DNA of 64,000 nt from an uncultured Candidatus Saccharibacteria bacterium (lineage in GTDB: Bacteria > Patescibacteriota > Minisyncoccia > Phycocordibacterales > PALSA-1337). Location: assembly GCA_964495685.1 (NCBI GenBank), contig CAZBVQ010000003.1:4824-68823 (forward strand). Reading direction: 5' to 3'. Shown piece after piece: positions 1 through 9,436 of this stretch. Every line of letters starts with the position of its first letter. Position 1 is the first letter of the stretch. A program made the translations under genes and the position numbers. Below the pieces are notes generated by a model that was not told the origin of the DNA, did not search any database, and saw only the letters and a list, made by a program, of their open reading frames with translations.

Positions 1-80
1 GGTGACTGTATTTATCTAGTGGATGGAGTATAATGAGGAGTGGTTATAGGAATTATAAATAAACGTTAATTTCAAATTGT

Positions 81-428
81 ATGGCAAAAACATCAGCTAT
101 CATTTTCGGCATCATCTTCGTGGTTGCTGGAATCTGGGGCCTCTTTGCTCAGCCAGCCATCGGCTTCATTGCCGCTGACACATTGAGCAGCATTATTCAC
201 ATTGTTATCGGTCTTATCCTCTTGGTGGTTGCAGGCAAGGAATCAGTCGGCACTACCCTCAAGACGGTCGGTATCATCTATGTGATCTTGGCCATCCTCG
301 GTTTCGTTGGAGCCAACTTCATCGCAGGTGACACGACGACCAATGTGTTCTATCTCATCGTTGGTGTTGTCGTTGCTGTTCTCGGCTTTGCTTCAAAGAA
401 GGGAGTCGCCGCACCGGCACAGATGTAG
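81..428 (+). CDS. small 4-TM membrane protein (DUF4383-like)
   Basis: 115 aa, four hydrophobic segments, 'IIHIVIG' motif; followed by a terminator. Confidence 0.7.
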   Translation: MAKTSAIIFGIIFVVAGIWGLFAQPAIGFIAADTLSSIIHIVIGLILLVVAGKESVGTTLKTVGIIYVILAILGFVGANFIAGDTTTNVFYLIVGVVVAVLGFASKKGVAAPAQM

Positions 429-448
429 TTTTCGTGAGCGACCGCTCA

Positions 449-483
449 ACACAAAGACCACTCCAAGAGAGTGGTCTTTGTGT
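449..483. terminator. intrinsic terminator hairpin, probably bidirectional
   Basis: ACACAAAGACCACTC/GAGTGGTCTTTGTGT inverted repeat between the converging ORF and tRNA-Val unit. Confidence 0.7.
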
Positions 484-488
484 CAGTG

Positions 489-627
489 TGCGCCCTGAGG
501 GATTCTCGCCTTACAGGCGCGGTACAGGCTTCGTATCGTGCTCACTCTCGCAAGCTCGAGTTCCGCGCGATACACTCAGCCTTTTCGAATCCCTCCCGTG
601 ACGCGCGCAGGCGCGTCACTAGGACGC
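489..627 (-). ncRNA. putative tRNA-like structured RNA containing a copy of the tRNA-Val 3' end
   Basis: minus strand: GCGTCCT pairs with AGGGCGC-A; GAGGGATTC pairs with GAATCCCTC; nested hairpins. Confidence 0.4.
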
Positions 628-649
628 CCATGCTCACTTCGTTCGCATG

Positions 650-722
650 TGCGCCCTGAGGGATTCGAACCCCCGACCTTCGCTGTGTAAAAGCGCTGCT
701 CTACCAACTGAGCTAAGGGCGC
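650..722 (-). tRNA. tRNA-Val(TAC)
   Basis: GCGCCCTTAGCTCAGTTGGTAGAGC...TTTACAC...GGTTCGAATCCCTCAGGGCGCA cloverleaf. Confidence 0.95.
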
Positions 723-765
723 GTCGTTTCTTGTGGACTCTTAGAGATTAGCGTATATTCATGGT

Positions 766-1527
766 ATGAGCAACAAACTTCTCAACATCCCCATCTTGTA
801 CGAGGACGCTGATTGCGTTGTTGTCAACAAACCAGCTGGTCTCATGGTGCACTCGGATGGTCGCGATCCGGGGCCCTTTTTGACTGATTGGATACTCGCG
901 CACTATCCGGATGCGGTATCGGTGGGTGAGCCGGCTCGTGGTCTCGATGGTCATCCGATCGCTCGCCCGGGAATTGTTCACCGCTTGGACCGCGAAACAT
1001 CAGGCGCATTGATTGTAGCAAAGACAGCCGCTGGTCATGCGCATCTCAAACGGCAATTTCAAGATCGTACGGTCGCCAAGAAATATCTGGCATTCGTCTG
1101 GGGTGATATGCAGGAAGAGTTCGGTACCATTACTCGTTCCATTGGTCGTAGTGGTTCTGATTTCCGTAAATGGTCAGCACAACGAGGTGCGCGTGGTGAG
1201 ATGCGTGACGCCGAAACGTATTGGTCCCTCATCGGCAACGGGGAGGCGTTGACTGATACTGGCCGTGAACGATTTGCTCTGGTCGAGGTCGAGCCCAAAA
1301 CAGGGAGGACTCACCAGATTCGTGTGCACATGCTCGCCATCCATCACCCGGTCGTAGGAGATGTCCTCTATGCCCCAAAACGTCCCATGGCGCTTGGTTT
1401 CGAGCGTACCGCGCTCCATGCCCGAGCGGTGACATTTGAGACGTGTGCGGGCAAAAAGGTACATGTAGAGGCACCACTCCCTGACGACTTCCAAGCGGCT
1501 CGTACGCTTCTGGGGCTCAAAACGTAA
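766..1527 (+). CDS. RluA/RluD-family pseudouridine synthase
   Basis: NKPAGL, HRLDRETSG and TGRTHQIRVH motifs. Confidence 0.95.
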   Translation: MSNKLLNIPILYEDADCVVVNKPAGLMVHSDGRDPGPFLTDWILAHYPDAVSVGEPARGLDGHPIARPGIVHRLDRETSGALIVAKTAAGHAHLKRQFQDRTVAKKYLAFVWGDMQEEFGTITRSIGRSGSDFRKWSAQRGARGEMRDAETYWSLIGNGEALTDTGRERFALVEVEPKTGRTHQIRVHMLAIHHPVVGDVLYAPKRPMALGFERTALHARAVTFETCAGKKVHVEAPLPDDFQAARTLLGLKT

Positions 1528-1571
1528 CCTCACTTGGCAGTTTTTTATTTGTATGCTAAGCTCACGACACT

Positions 1572-2012
1572 ATGGCAACGAAGGTTATCTCACCAATCAA
1601 GCTCGATGAACGCAAGAAACTCGACATCCGTTCGGGTGATCAAGTGCGCGTCTGGCAGAAAATCGAGGAAGACAAGGGTAAATTCCGCCTCCAGGCCTTC
1701 GAAGGTCTGGTACTTGCACGCAAGCACGGCAGTGAGGCAGGTGCTACGTTCACGGTACGCAAGGTCGTCGGTGGTATCGGTGTAGAGCGTATCTTCCCGT
1801 TGTACTCTCCCATGATCGACAGTGTCGAGTTGATCCGCCGTTCCAAGGTCCGCCGCGCCAAGCTCTATTTCATTCGCGACAAAGCTACCAAGGAGATCAG
1901 GAAGCAGATGCGCCGCATCCTCTCGGTCAAAGATCCCAATCAGAATACGGATACCAAGGTTGTTTCTCAGGAAGCTGCACCAGCAGACAAACAGGAAGAG
2001 GCCAAGGCCTAA
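1572..2012 (+). CDS. rplS: 50S ribosomal protein L19
   Basis: [33 protein letters not shown]. Confidence 0.97.
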   Translation: MATKVISPIKLDERKKLDIRSGDQVRVWQKIEEDKGKFRLQAFEGLVLARKHGSEAGATFTVRKVVGGIGVERIFPLYSPMIDSVELIRRSKVRRAKLYFIRDKATKEIRKQMRRILSVKDPNQNTDTKVVSQEAAPADKQEEAKA

Positions 2013-2040
2013 CAAAAAACCGCTCTCAAGCGGTTTTTTG
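2013..2040. terminator. bidirectional intrinsic terminator
   Basis: CAAAAAACCGCT-CTCA-AGCGGTTTTTTG. Confidence 0.8.
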
Positions 2041-2049
2041 TCGATTCGT

Positions 2050-2124
2050 TGGTGCTCCCACCAGGAATCGAACCTGGACTACGAACTTCGGAGGCTCGTG
2101 TTCTATCCATTAAACTATGGGAGC
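2050..2124 (-). tRNA. tRNA-Arg(CCG)
   Basis: GCTCCCATAG...CTCCGAA...GGTTCGATTCCTGGTGGGAGCACCA; CCA encoded. Confidence 0.95.
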
Positions 2125-2157
2125 AATAGTACTCAGTCATGCTGCCAAATTTCGTTG

Positions 2158-2241
2158 TGCGCAGGAGAGGACTCGAACCTCCATGCCCTAACGGGCGCTA
2201 CCACCTCAAGGTAGTGCGTCTACCAATTTCGCCACCTGCGC
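2158..2241 (-). tRNA. tRNA-Leu(GAG)
   Basis: GCGCAGGTGGCGAAATTGGTAGACGC...TTGAGGT, long variable arm, GGTTCGAGTCC. Confidence 0.95.
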
Positions 2242-2310
2242 GGGTGTGCTGCACACTATAGCGGAAAGCGATACCTTTTTCAATCTGCCGTGATGACATA
2301 TACTTGTAGC

Positions 2311-2883
2311 ATGCTTTATACCCGCAAAGGAGACAGTGGTACGACCAAGGCATTCAATTCCAAGCCGGGCGTGCGTATTTCCAAAAGTTCATGTCAAACC
2401 GAGGCACTTGGTGCACTCGATGAGCTCAATTCATTCATCGGTCTCGCCAAAGTGAAGCTCGCTGATCTGTCATGGGTCGTGAATGTATCGGCGGATACTA
2501 CTCAATCACTGCCAGAAGTCATCTGGTGGGTGCAGGAATGCCTATTCATCATTCAAGCCGAGACTGCTGGTGCCGACAAGCATATAGGTGAAGACAAAGT
2601 CACGCGACTTGAATTCGTCGTCGATTGGGCTGAGCGAGAAATGCCGCCTATCAAAACCTTTTTCATTTCTGGTGGCACGGAATGTGCGGCCCTCCTCGAT
2701 ATTTCCCGTACCTTGGCACGCAAAGCGGAGCGTCGGGTGATCGCTGGTATTGAGAAAGGGGAGGTGGTCGTGGGTCCGACGACCCTGGCTTTCCTCAATC
2801 GACTTTCGTCGCTCTTCTATGCGCTGGCTCGACTAAGTAACCATAAATCTGGTATAAAGGAGGTTGCGCCGACGTATCAGTAG
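2311..2883 (+). CDS. PduO-type cob(I)alamin adenosyltransferase
   Basis: YTRKGDSGTT, GALDELNSFIG, RTLARKAER, LNRLSSLFY; start moved to ATG 2311. Confidence 0.9.
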   Translation: MLYTRKGDSGTTKAFNSKPGVRISKSSCQTEALGALDELNSFIGLAKVKLADLSWVVNVSADTTQSLPEVIWWVQECLFIIQAETAGADKHIGEDKVTRLEFVVDWAEREMPPIKTFFISGGTECAALLDISRTLARKAERRVIAGIEKGEVVVGPTTLAFLNRLSSLFYALARLSNHKSGIKEVAPTYQ

Positions 2884-2902
2884 TGTCGGAGCATGCATAC
2901 AT

Positions 2903-2977
2903 GGTGGCTATAGTTTAGTGGTAAAACCTCGGTTTGTGGAGCCGAAGTTGAGGGTTCGATTCCCTCTAGCCACCCCA
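2903..2977 (+). tRNA. tRNA-His(GTG), integration target
   Basis: G-1 + GTGGCTA...TTGTGGA...GGTTCGATTCCC TAGCCAC-C-CCA. Confidence 0.95.
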
Positions 2978-4561
2978 AGAAAGAATTAGGTGAGCGAAAG
3001 CGGCATTTCGTGCCTCAGCTGTAAGGTATTTCTGTAGTTCCAACCGATGATATTCAGCTTCAAGCTCTGGATAGGCTTTTTCTATTGGAACAAACCAATC
3101 ATTGGCTTTAATGCTCACTATTTTGTCTTTTATTGAAAAGTTCCAACCAAGTGCTGCAAAGATTTCTCGCTTCTTCTCCAAGGTCCCAGAATTAAAGTTT
3201 TCTCGTGCATAGCAGGCAAAGTTAAATGTCTTATCAGTAAGTTCTAACCACTTCTCGGCTCGGTTCTCAGTGTTTCTGAGGTTACTCTTTAGTTTGGTGA
3301 TTTTGTCTTTCAACCCGTCACGCTCTTTTACAAAGGTCTCGTCATCAATTAATTCTCGATAACGCATTTTGGTAAGAGCATCAATCTCTTTTTGAGTTTC
3401 GGCGACTGCTTTATGTTGCGTTTCGTAGACTTTAGTTCGGTCCTCAATCTCTTTATTATTTTCTCTGTTTAAAATCTCAAGTGCCCAGTCTTTAAACTTT
3501 GGCAGGATGGTATATCGTTCAAGTTCGATATCAACCTGATCCTCAAGTTGCTTGAGGGTGACAGGGCTTCTTTGAGTACACTTCGTCCCTTTCTTGCGCC
3601 GAGTGCAATTGTAGTAAACATATTTCTCAAAGGTGTTTGTTTTCTTAACAAACTTTATTTTCTCGCTTGCGGTATACATCGAACCACATTCTTCACAGTA
3701 AATAAGGCCAGTGTAAGCAAATTCGTGGGTTTTTGCTCTAGGTTTACCATTTCGGCCCATAAGAGCCTGGACCCGATCATACTCCTCAAGGCTAATCATG
3801 GGCTTATGGTTGCCCTTATACAGCTTTCCTGACCACTCAAACATGCCGGTGTAGAAGATATTGGTGAACATCTTATAAATCACGCTGCTAGCGAGTTCAC
3901 CGCCACCACCACGCTTTGTTTTTGCTGTTCTAAAACCCCATTTATCATTCGCGATCTTTAAAATCTGTGGAGGAGTATAGTTGCCGGTAAGCATCATGTC
4001 CCACATCTTGCGGACCAAATCAAAACGATCTTTATCCTCGATAATTATGTGCTCAAGTTTGTCATTCAAATATCCGATAGGAGCTCGGGAGGGTAGCCAA
4101 CCTCGATCAGCTTTTCCAACCATTCCACGCATACTGTTTTTCTTAAGATCAATGATGAATTGATTTGCCATTCCACTCTCAACACTAAAAAGGAGAACAT
4201 TATCATCAGGCAGATACTGACGATCAATTGTTTGAATACATTTTAAAACTCCTTGCTGCAACATCCAGCTGAGAGCTCCGCTATCAACTGGGTTTCGAGA
4301 AAGTCGATTGAGTTGCCAACAAAGAATACCGTCAGCTTCACCTCGTTGAATGCGTTTGAGCATATCATCGAAGATTGGTCGGCAATAAGGCTTCTTGGCA
4401 GATTTAGCTTCTGTCAGTACCTCTTTGATAGTGATTCCTAGGCTGTTTGCAAGTTCCTTAAGTCGGTTCACCTGATCGTCGATAGACTGAACCTGCCTGT
4501 CCTCACTTTCAGAGGATTTTCTAGCGTATATGAAGAGTGTTCTTGGTGTAGTTTGGTTCAT
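2966..4561 (-). CDS. large serine recombinase (resolvase, recombinase, Zn-ribbon and coiled-coil regions)
   Basis: YARKSSE catalytic motif, RLSRN, CEECG...YYNC; stop codon lies inside tRNA-His. Confidence 0.95.
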   Translation of the reverse strand: MNQTTPRTLFIYARKSSESEDRQVQSIDDQVNRLKELANSLGITIKEVLTEAKSAKKPYCRPIFDDMLKRIQRGEADGILCWQLNRLSRNPVDSGALSWMLQQGVLKCIQTIDRQYLPDDNVLLFSVESGMANQFIIDLKKNSMRGMVGKADRGWLPSRAPIGYLNDKLEHIIIEDKDRFDLVRKMWDMMLTGNYTPPQILKIANDKWGFRTAKTKRGGGGELASSVIYKMFTNIFYTGMFEWSGKLYKGNHKPMISLEEYDRVQALMGRNGKPRAKTHEFAYTGLIYCEECGSMYTASEKIKFVKKTNTFEKYVYYNCTRRKKGTKCTQRSPVTLKQLEDQVDIELERYTILPKFKDWALEILNRENNKEIEDRTKVYETQHKAVAETQKEIDALTKMRYRELIDDETFVKERDGLKDKITKLKSNLRNTENRAEKWLELTDKTFNFACYARENFNSGTLEKKREIFAALGWNFSIKDKIVSIKANDWFVPIEKAYPELEAEYHRLELQKYLTAEARNAAFAHLILSWGG

Positions 4562-4567
4562 AGTAAT

Positions 4568-5548
4568 TTATCCGGCACTGCCTGCACTTATATCCTCATC
4601 CCTAATGTTATTTAAGTAAAGAGGATTTGTGGGTTCTTCCGCTTTATTCCGCTCTATTTCGTCTAACTCCGTTTTTTCACCGTTTTTTAACGGTTGGATG
4701 TTATCAGAATTGATATCATCTCCTGACCGTTTTTCCACCGCTATTTCGGACTCAATGTTATCAAAATTGATATCATGCGTTTCCCGTAATTTACCCGTAT
4801 TTACGGGATTACTCTGATCCTGCATTTCTCCCGTACTTACAGGTGCAATATTATCCCTATTTTGCCCTAATTTTCCCTTGTTGTCAGGCCTGTGCCAGGG
4901 TGGAACCCAAGTATTGCTAGAACCCTCTGGAATAGCAACTTTCTGTGGTTTTTTGTGTACACTCATCTGGTCAGCCAGGGACTTTATTTGGTCATTTAAC
5001 TCTTTAGGAGAGTTATTATTTAGGTTAGTCAGAGTATCAATTTCATCGCTTTTTACTGAATTATCATCGGGTTTGATATCATTATTTCTTGATTTTTGAT
5101 ATCTTCCTTTCCAATTTGATAGCTTAATACGCGGCGAGTTTTCATCCAAAGATTTCCAAAAGATCGAGCTTTGAAATGCATAGAGATTGGACCGGCCAAA
5201 ACCATGTTGGCCTCTTTGGACAATAATAATTCCATGATCTTCAAGAATCTGAATAGCTTTGCTTATGCTGGTTGGATTTTTCTCACCAGTAAATTTCTGC
5301 AGGCGTTTGATACTTGGAAAAGCTCCTTGAGTTTCAGTGTTGCAGTGTCTTAAGAGGACATCCAAAACAGCACCACAAAGTCTGGGGAGCTTCGCTACAT
5401 ACCAACCATCAACATACTCGTTGTCTACAAAATAACGAGTTGGTTTATCTTTTGGGCGTAGCCGATCGAAGGGAATATCACGCAAGAGGCTTGTTGCTCT
5501 CATTCTCTTGCGTTCCTTCCACGAATTGAGGTCTTGTTTCCAGTTCAT
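4568..5548 (-). CDS. HTH_36-like replication initiator / replisome-organiser-type protein
   Basis: 'LLRHCN..GAFPSIKRLQKFTG...ISKAIQILEDHGII' HTH; low-complexity C-terminus with DNA repeats. Confidence 0.6.
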   Translation of the reverse strand: MNWKQDLNSWKERKRMRATSLLRDIPFDRLRPKDKPTRYFVDNEYVDGWYVAKLPRLCGAVLDVLLRHCNTETQGAFPSIKRLQKFTGEKNPTSISKAIQILEDHGIIIVQRGQHGFGRSNLYAFQSSIFWKSLDENSPRIKLSNWKGRYQKSRNNDIKPDDNSVKSDEIDTLTNLNNNSPKELNDQIKSLADQMSVHKKPQKVAIPEGSSNTWVPPWHRPDNKGKLGQNRDNIAPVSTGEMQDQSNPVNTGKLRETHDINFDNIESEIAVEKRSGDDINSDNIQPLKNGEKTELDEIERNKAEEPTNPLYLNNIRDEDISAGSAG

Positions 5549-5762
5549 CTTGGGTAATTCTTTTGATTAATAAAGGGAGCGTAGATTCTCTATGCTTCTG
5601 AATCTTTTCAAATTGCTCTTTGGTCATTGGCCGATAGATGGCAGACATAAGCCGCACAAGTTTGATACCTTGCTCGTAGGCTTGTTCAGCACTTATTTCT
5701 TTACCGAACTCACTTCGGTAGAGTGCCTGAAACTTTGCAATGTCTGCATCGGTCAGGACCAT
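5478..5762 (-). CDS. small helical protein (possible recombination directionality factor)
   Basis: 94 aa, co-oriented upstream of rep and recombinase; function inferred from position only. Confidence 0.55.
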   Translation of the reverse strand: MVLTDADIAKFQALYRSEFGKEISAEQAYEQGIKLVRLMSAIYRPMTKEQFEKIQKHRESTLPLLIKRITQDELETRPQFVEGTQENESNKPLA

Positions 5763-5764
5763 AG

Positions 5765-6037
5765 CTATTCCGAGTAAAGTTTGTTCTTGAGAGCCTTGAT
5801 GCTGTCAAAGAACGACCGAGCTTTGACTTTCAGTTGGTCTGAAAAATATTGATTGGCATATCTATCAATTTCTGCTTCTCGTTTGAATACGAAAAGAGCC
5901 TTGCGAGGATCGTCTCGGTCCAAGCGGATAAGCTTGTAACCCAGGCACATGAGTGCCGCCGATACTCCAAGGTCATAGGTTGTGAACACATCTGGTCCGT
6001 CAGCTTCGGGCTGGGACCAACTCCGTTTTTTAATCAT
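5765..6037 (-). CDS. DUF5659-like small protein
   Basis: FTTYDLGVSAALMCLGY...FVF...F..IKALKNKLY pattern. Confidence 0.7.
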   Translation of the reverse strand: MIKKRSWSQPEADGPDVFTTYDLGVSAALMCLGYKLIRLDRDDPRKALFVFKREAEIDRYANQYFSDQLKVKARSFFDSIKALKNKLYSE

Positions 6038-6163
6038 GAGTAATATTGTTAGTTAGTAATTAATGCTCTAAACAAAAAAGCCAAAGCATTACGCTCTGAC
6101 TTTATTCGTCCGAAGGAGAAAGGTGGACGGAATGATTATGGGTTTAGTGTGGGTTCAATGTGA

Positions 6164-6754
6164 TCAGGTAATCAGCTTGTAGCCTAAGCCTTTAATATTC
6201 TTGATGATGTCCTTATTTTTAGCTTTCTTGGCTGGAAGGATGCCAAGTACCTCTTTAATATTTCTGATTACAAAAGTGAGGTTGCGTTTAGTAGTTTTAG
6301 AAACAGATTCTCCTAGGATGTCAGTGTAGGTAACTTGATGATTCTTTGTAGTAACGAGTTTGAGAAGAGTATAGAATTCCTGACTCTTTGGGTTAAAGAT
6401 AGCCTCGATTGTATTCAACCGGACCGCAGCAGTGACCTTATCGATCGAGAGGGTATTGCTTCCAATTTTGATTGTAATGACGTCAGTATCAGCTTTATTT
6501 TCATTTAAATAATTTGCAAAGGTACTTATCACCCAGAAACTAACGGCTTTGCCGATAATATTTAGATCACCGATGAGGCCTTCTTGTTCAAGTTTTTTCA
6601 AAATAAGAATCTGTTCTTTCACCGACAAAGTAGGCTGGTCCTTGAGCTGTAACTTCAAAATACCAGCAGGACTTATCAGAGCTCTTTCATGGATTAAAAC
6701 CTTGATGAATTGTATCTTCTGGACCGGCGTCATGGTAATAGTAATTTGATACAA
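6164..6754 (-). CDS. protein with C-terminal OmpR-like winged helix
   Basis: 'QEFYTLLKL...VTYTDI...VIRNIKEVL...IKNIKGLGYKL'. Confidence 0.7.
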   Translation of the reverse strand: MYQITITMTPVQKIQFIKVLIHERALISPAGILKLQLKDQPTLSVKEQILILKKLEQEGLIGDLNIIGKAVSFWVISTFANYLNENKADTDVITIKIGSNTLSIDKVTAAVRLNTIEAIFNPKSQEFYTLLKLVTTKNHQVTYTDILGESVSKTTKRNLTFVIRNIKEVLGILPAKKAKNKDIIKNIKGLGYKLIT

Positions 6755-6798
6755 ATCTACAACGAATTTGGCTTTTCTCCAATAGGGTGTTTACTGGT

Positions 6799-6828
6799 TT
6801 GACAGTCTATACCCCTAGGGGGTATTAT
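6799..6828 (+). promoter_or_regulatory. sigma70 promoter with CsoR-type operator in the spacer
   Basis: TTGACA (6799) and TATTAT (6823) flank the palindrome ATACCCC-TAG-GGGGTAT (6809-6825). Confidence 0.85.
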
Positions 6829-6830
6829 GT

Positions 6831-7103
6831 ATGTATATGAGACAAGATATTAAAACAAAAGCTATTCGCCGATTAAAAATTGTTGAGGGGCAGATTAGAG
6901 GACTTCAGAAGATGGTAGAAGACGAGAAGTATTGCATCGACATTATCACTCAGGCATCTGCTATTAAAGAGGCGCTTACTGGAATTGAGGGCCTGGTTCT
7001 TGAAAATCATCTTTCTACGCATGTTGTTCACCAAATGAAGCATGGTAGCGAAAAGAAAGCTGTCGATGAGATTCTTAAGGTTTATAAGCTAAAGCGCAAA
7101 TAA
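6831..7103 (+). CDS. csoR: CsoR/RcnR-family copper-sensing repressor
   Basis: RRLKIVEGQIRGLQKMVEDEKYCIDI...ENHL. Confidence 0.92.
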   Translation: MYMRQDIKTKAIRRLKIVEGQIRGLQKMVEDEKYCIDIITQASAIKEALTGIEGLVLENHLSTHVVHQMKHGSEKKAVDEILKVYKLKRK

Positions 7104-7108
7104 AAAAT

Positions 7109-9436
7109 ATGAATCATCCCACTAAAACATATAGAGTAAAAGGAATGCATTGCGCTTCTTGTGCTGGCATTATTGAGAAGACCTTCAAGAAGACTGAGGG
7201 AGTCCATTCTGCTGAAGTAAACTATGGGACCGAAAAAGCGAAGGTTGTCTTTGATGAATCAAAAACAAGTGCGCAGGAGCTTTCAAAGAAAATAGAGCCA
7301 CTTGGCTACTCCTTGGCTCTGGACCAGGAAATGTCACATGACCATGGTAGTCAATCAGCAGAAGCGATGGGTATGTCGGCAGATGAACATGCGGCACATC
7401 TGGGACTCAATCAGTCTAAGAAAGAAAAGCTCGCCGAAGTTGCTGATATGCGAACAAAATTACTTTCTGCTATTCCTCTCGCAATTTTCGCTGCACTCGT
7501 TATGGGATGGGATATTCTCGCTCAATACAAGGCGGTCCCTGAAATGAGTTATACGATCAAAGAATTTATCCACCACCTTCTTCCGATACTAGCTACATAC
7601 ATACTGTTTGTTGTCGGTAAACCATACCTCATGGGATTTTACAGATTCCTTCGATACGGCAAGGCAAACATGGATACGCTTATCGGTATTGGAACCACTG
7701 CCGCATTTTTATATAGCTTTGCTGTCACTGCTTTTGAAGAAGCTCTACGTCCATTTATAAACGTGGACTATCAATACTATGATGTCACGATTGTGGTCAT
7801 TACTTTTATAGCCCTTGGCAAATATCTTGAAGCTCGATCGAAAATAAAGACGGGTGATGCCATAGAAAAACTCCTAAATCTTCAAGCTAAAACAGCTTTG
7901 GTCATTCGTGATGGAAAGGAAGTAGAAATTTCAGTGAATGAGGTGAAGCACGGCGACCTTATTATCGTTAAGCCGGGCGCAAAGATTCCTGTAGACGGTG
8001 TTATTACTGAAGGTTCCTCATTTATCGATGAGTCCATGGTTACCGGAGAACCGATGCCTGCTCAGAAGAAAATCGGAGACAGTGTCGTATCCGGAACCAT
8101 AAACACAAGCGGTTCATTTACTTTCAAGGCCACCAAGGTTGGGTCCGAAACGCTTCTTGCTCAGATCATCAAGATGGTTGAAGATGCTCAAGGCAGCAAG
8201 GCCCCGATTCAAGCACTAGCAGATAAGATATCAGCAATCTTCGTGCCTATAGTTTTAGTAATTTCATTTCTCACTCTTGGCGCATGGCTTATCTTTGGCT
8301 CACAGTACCTAGGATTCTCCCAAGCTCTCTCATTTGGTCTGGTTTCATTTGTCGGTATTCTCGTGATCGCATGTCCCTGTGCTCTTGGTCTTGCAACACC
8401 TACGGCCATTATCGTAGGAGTCGGTAAGGGGGCTAAGGAAGGCATACTTATCAAAGATGCGGCAACTCTGGAGAAGCTCCATAAGGTAAATACTGTTGTT
8501 GTTGATAAAACAGGGACTATCACCAAAGGAAAACCAACTCTTGTTGATATACAAAATCTTTCTGATTTAAAAGATGAGGAATTGGTATCAATTCTCGCTT
8601 CACTTGAGAAAAAATCAGAACATCCAATTGCTCATGCAATTGTAAATTACGCACAAGAGAAAAACATTTCCACATCAGATATTTCAAATTTTGAGGGCAT
8701 ACAAGGCAAAGGTCTAAAGGGAGTAGTGAAAGGTACTGAATACTTTGTCGGCAACGCTAAGCTCGTTAGTGATCTTAAGGTTTCCTTTGACGCAACAAAA
8801 CTTAATGAATTTACTTCCCAAGGTAAAACACCAGTTATCCTTGCTACTAAAGAAAAGGTCCTCGGCTTTGTCATGGTGGCTGATGAAATTAAAGCAGAGT
8901 CGGTCGAGGCAGTAAAAAATCTTCATGCCCTGGGTATAAAAGTGGTTATGCTCACTGGTGATGATGAAAAGGCTGCCAAGTACATTGCCTCTCTTGTGGG
9001 AATTGATGATGTTGTCGCCCACGTTCTGCCACAGGATAAGCTCGAAAAAATAAAAGAGCTACAGTCACAAGGTCGAGTGGTTGCCATGGCAGGTGATGGC
9101 GTGAACGACGCTCCAGCGCTTGCTCAAGCGGATGTAGGTATTGCCATGGGGACTGGAACAGATGTGGCGATTGAGTCGGCTGGTATAACACTTCTCGGCG
9201 GAGATATCTCTAAGCTCGTAAAAGCTATCAAGCTCTCGAAGATCACTATGCGTGGGATTAAGCAGAATCTATTCTGGGCGTTTATCTATAACATCGTTGG
9301 TATACCGCTTGCAGCAGGAGCCCTATATCCAGTCTTCGGTTGGCTTTTAAATCCCGTCTTTGCTGGATTTGCCATGGCCATGTCTTCGGTATCGGTTGTA
9401 TCAAATTCACTTCGCATTAAAGCCAAAAAACTATAA
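7109..9436 (+). CDS. copA: Cu(I)-translocating P1B-type ATPase
   Basis: GMHCASC metal-binding domain, TGE, CPC, DKTGT, SEHP, GDGVNDAP, YN and MAMSS. Confidence 0.96.
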   Translation: MNHPTKTYRVKGMHCASCAGIIEKTFKKTEGVHSAEVNYGTEKAKVVFDESKTSAQELSKKIEPLGYSLALDQEMSHDHGSQSAEAMGMSADEHAAHLGLNQSKKEKLAEVADMRTKLLSAIPLAIFAALVMGWDILAQYKAVPEMSYTIKEFIHHLLPILATYILFVVGKPYLMGFYRFLRYGKANMDTLIGIGTTAAFLYSFAVTAFEEALRPFINVDYQYYDVTIVVITFIALGKYLEARSKIKTGDAIEKLLNLQAKTALVIRDGKEVEISVNEVKHGDLIIVKPGAKIPVDGVITEGSSFIDESMVTGEPMPAQKKIGDSVVSGTINTSGSFTFKATKVGSETLLAQIIKMVEDAQGSKAPIQALADKISAIFVPIVLVISFLTLGAWLIFGSQYLGFSQALSFGLVSFVGILVIACPCALGLATPTAIIVGVGKGAKEGILIKDAATLEKLHKVNTVVVDKTGTITKGKPTLVDIQNLSDLKDEELVSILASLEKKSEHPIAHAIVNYAQEKNISTSDISNFEGIQGKGLKGVVKGTEYFVGNAKLVSDLKVSFDATKLNEFTSQGKTPVILATKEKVLGFVMVADEIKAESVEAVKNLHALGIKVVMLTGDDEKAAKYIASLVGIDDVVAHVLPQDKLEKIKELQSQGRVVAMAGDGVNDAPALAQADVGIAMGTGTDVAIESAGITLLGGDISKLVKAIKLSKITMRGIKQNLFWAFIYNIVGIPLAAGALYPVFGWLLNPVFAGFAMAMSSVSVVSNSLRIKAKKL

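Noticed and set aside
487-722. Intron-containing second tRNA-Val or a prophage attR
   Set aside because: No D-arm or anticodon in the copy, no group I core recognised, no adjacent integrase, and only about 160 bp between the duplicates; kept instead as a tRNA-mimic finding.
3241-3250. GTTCTAAC match to the att-tail repeat inside the recombinase
   Set aside because: Short match in a different frame (WLEL) with no adjacent core; probably chance.
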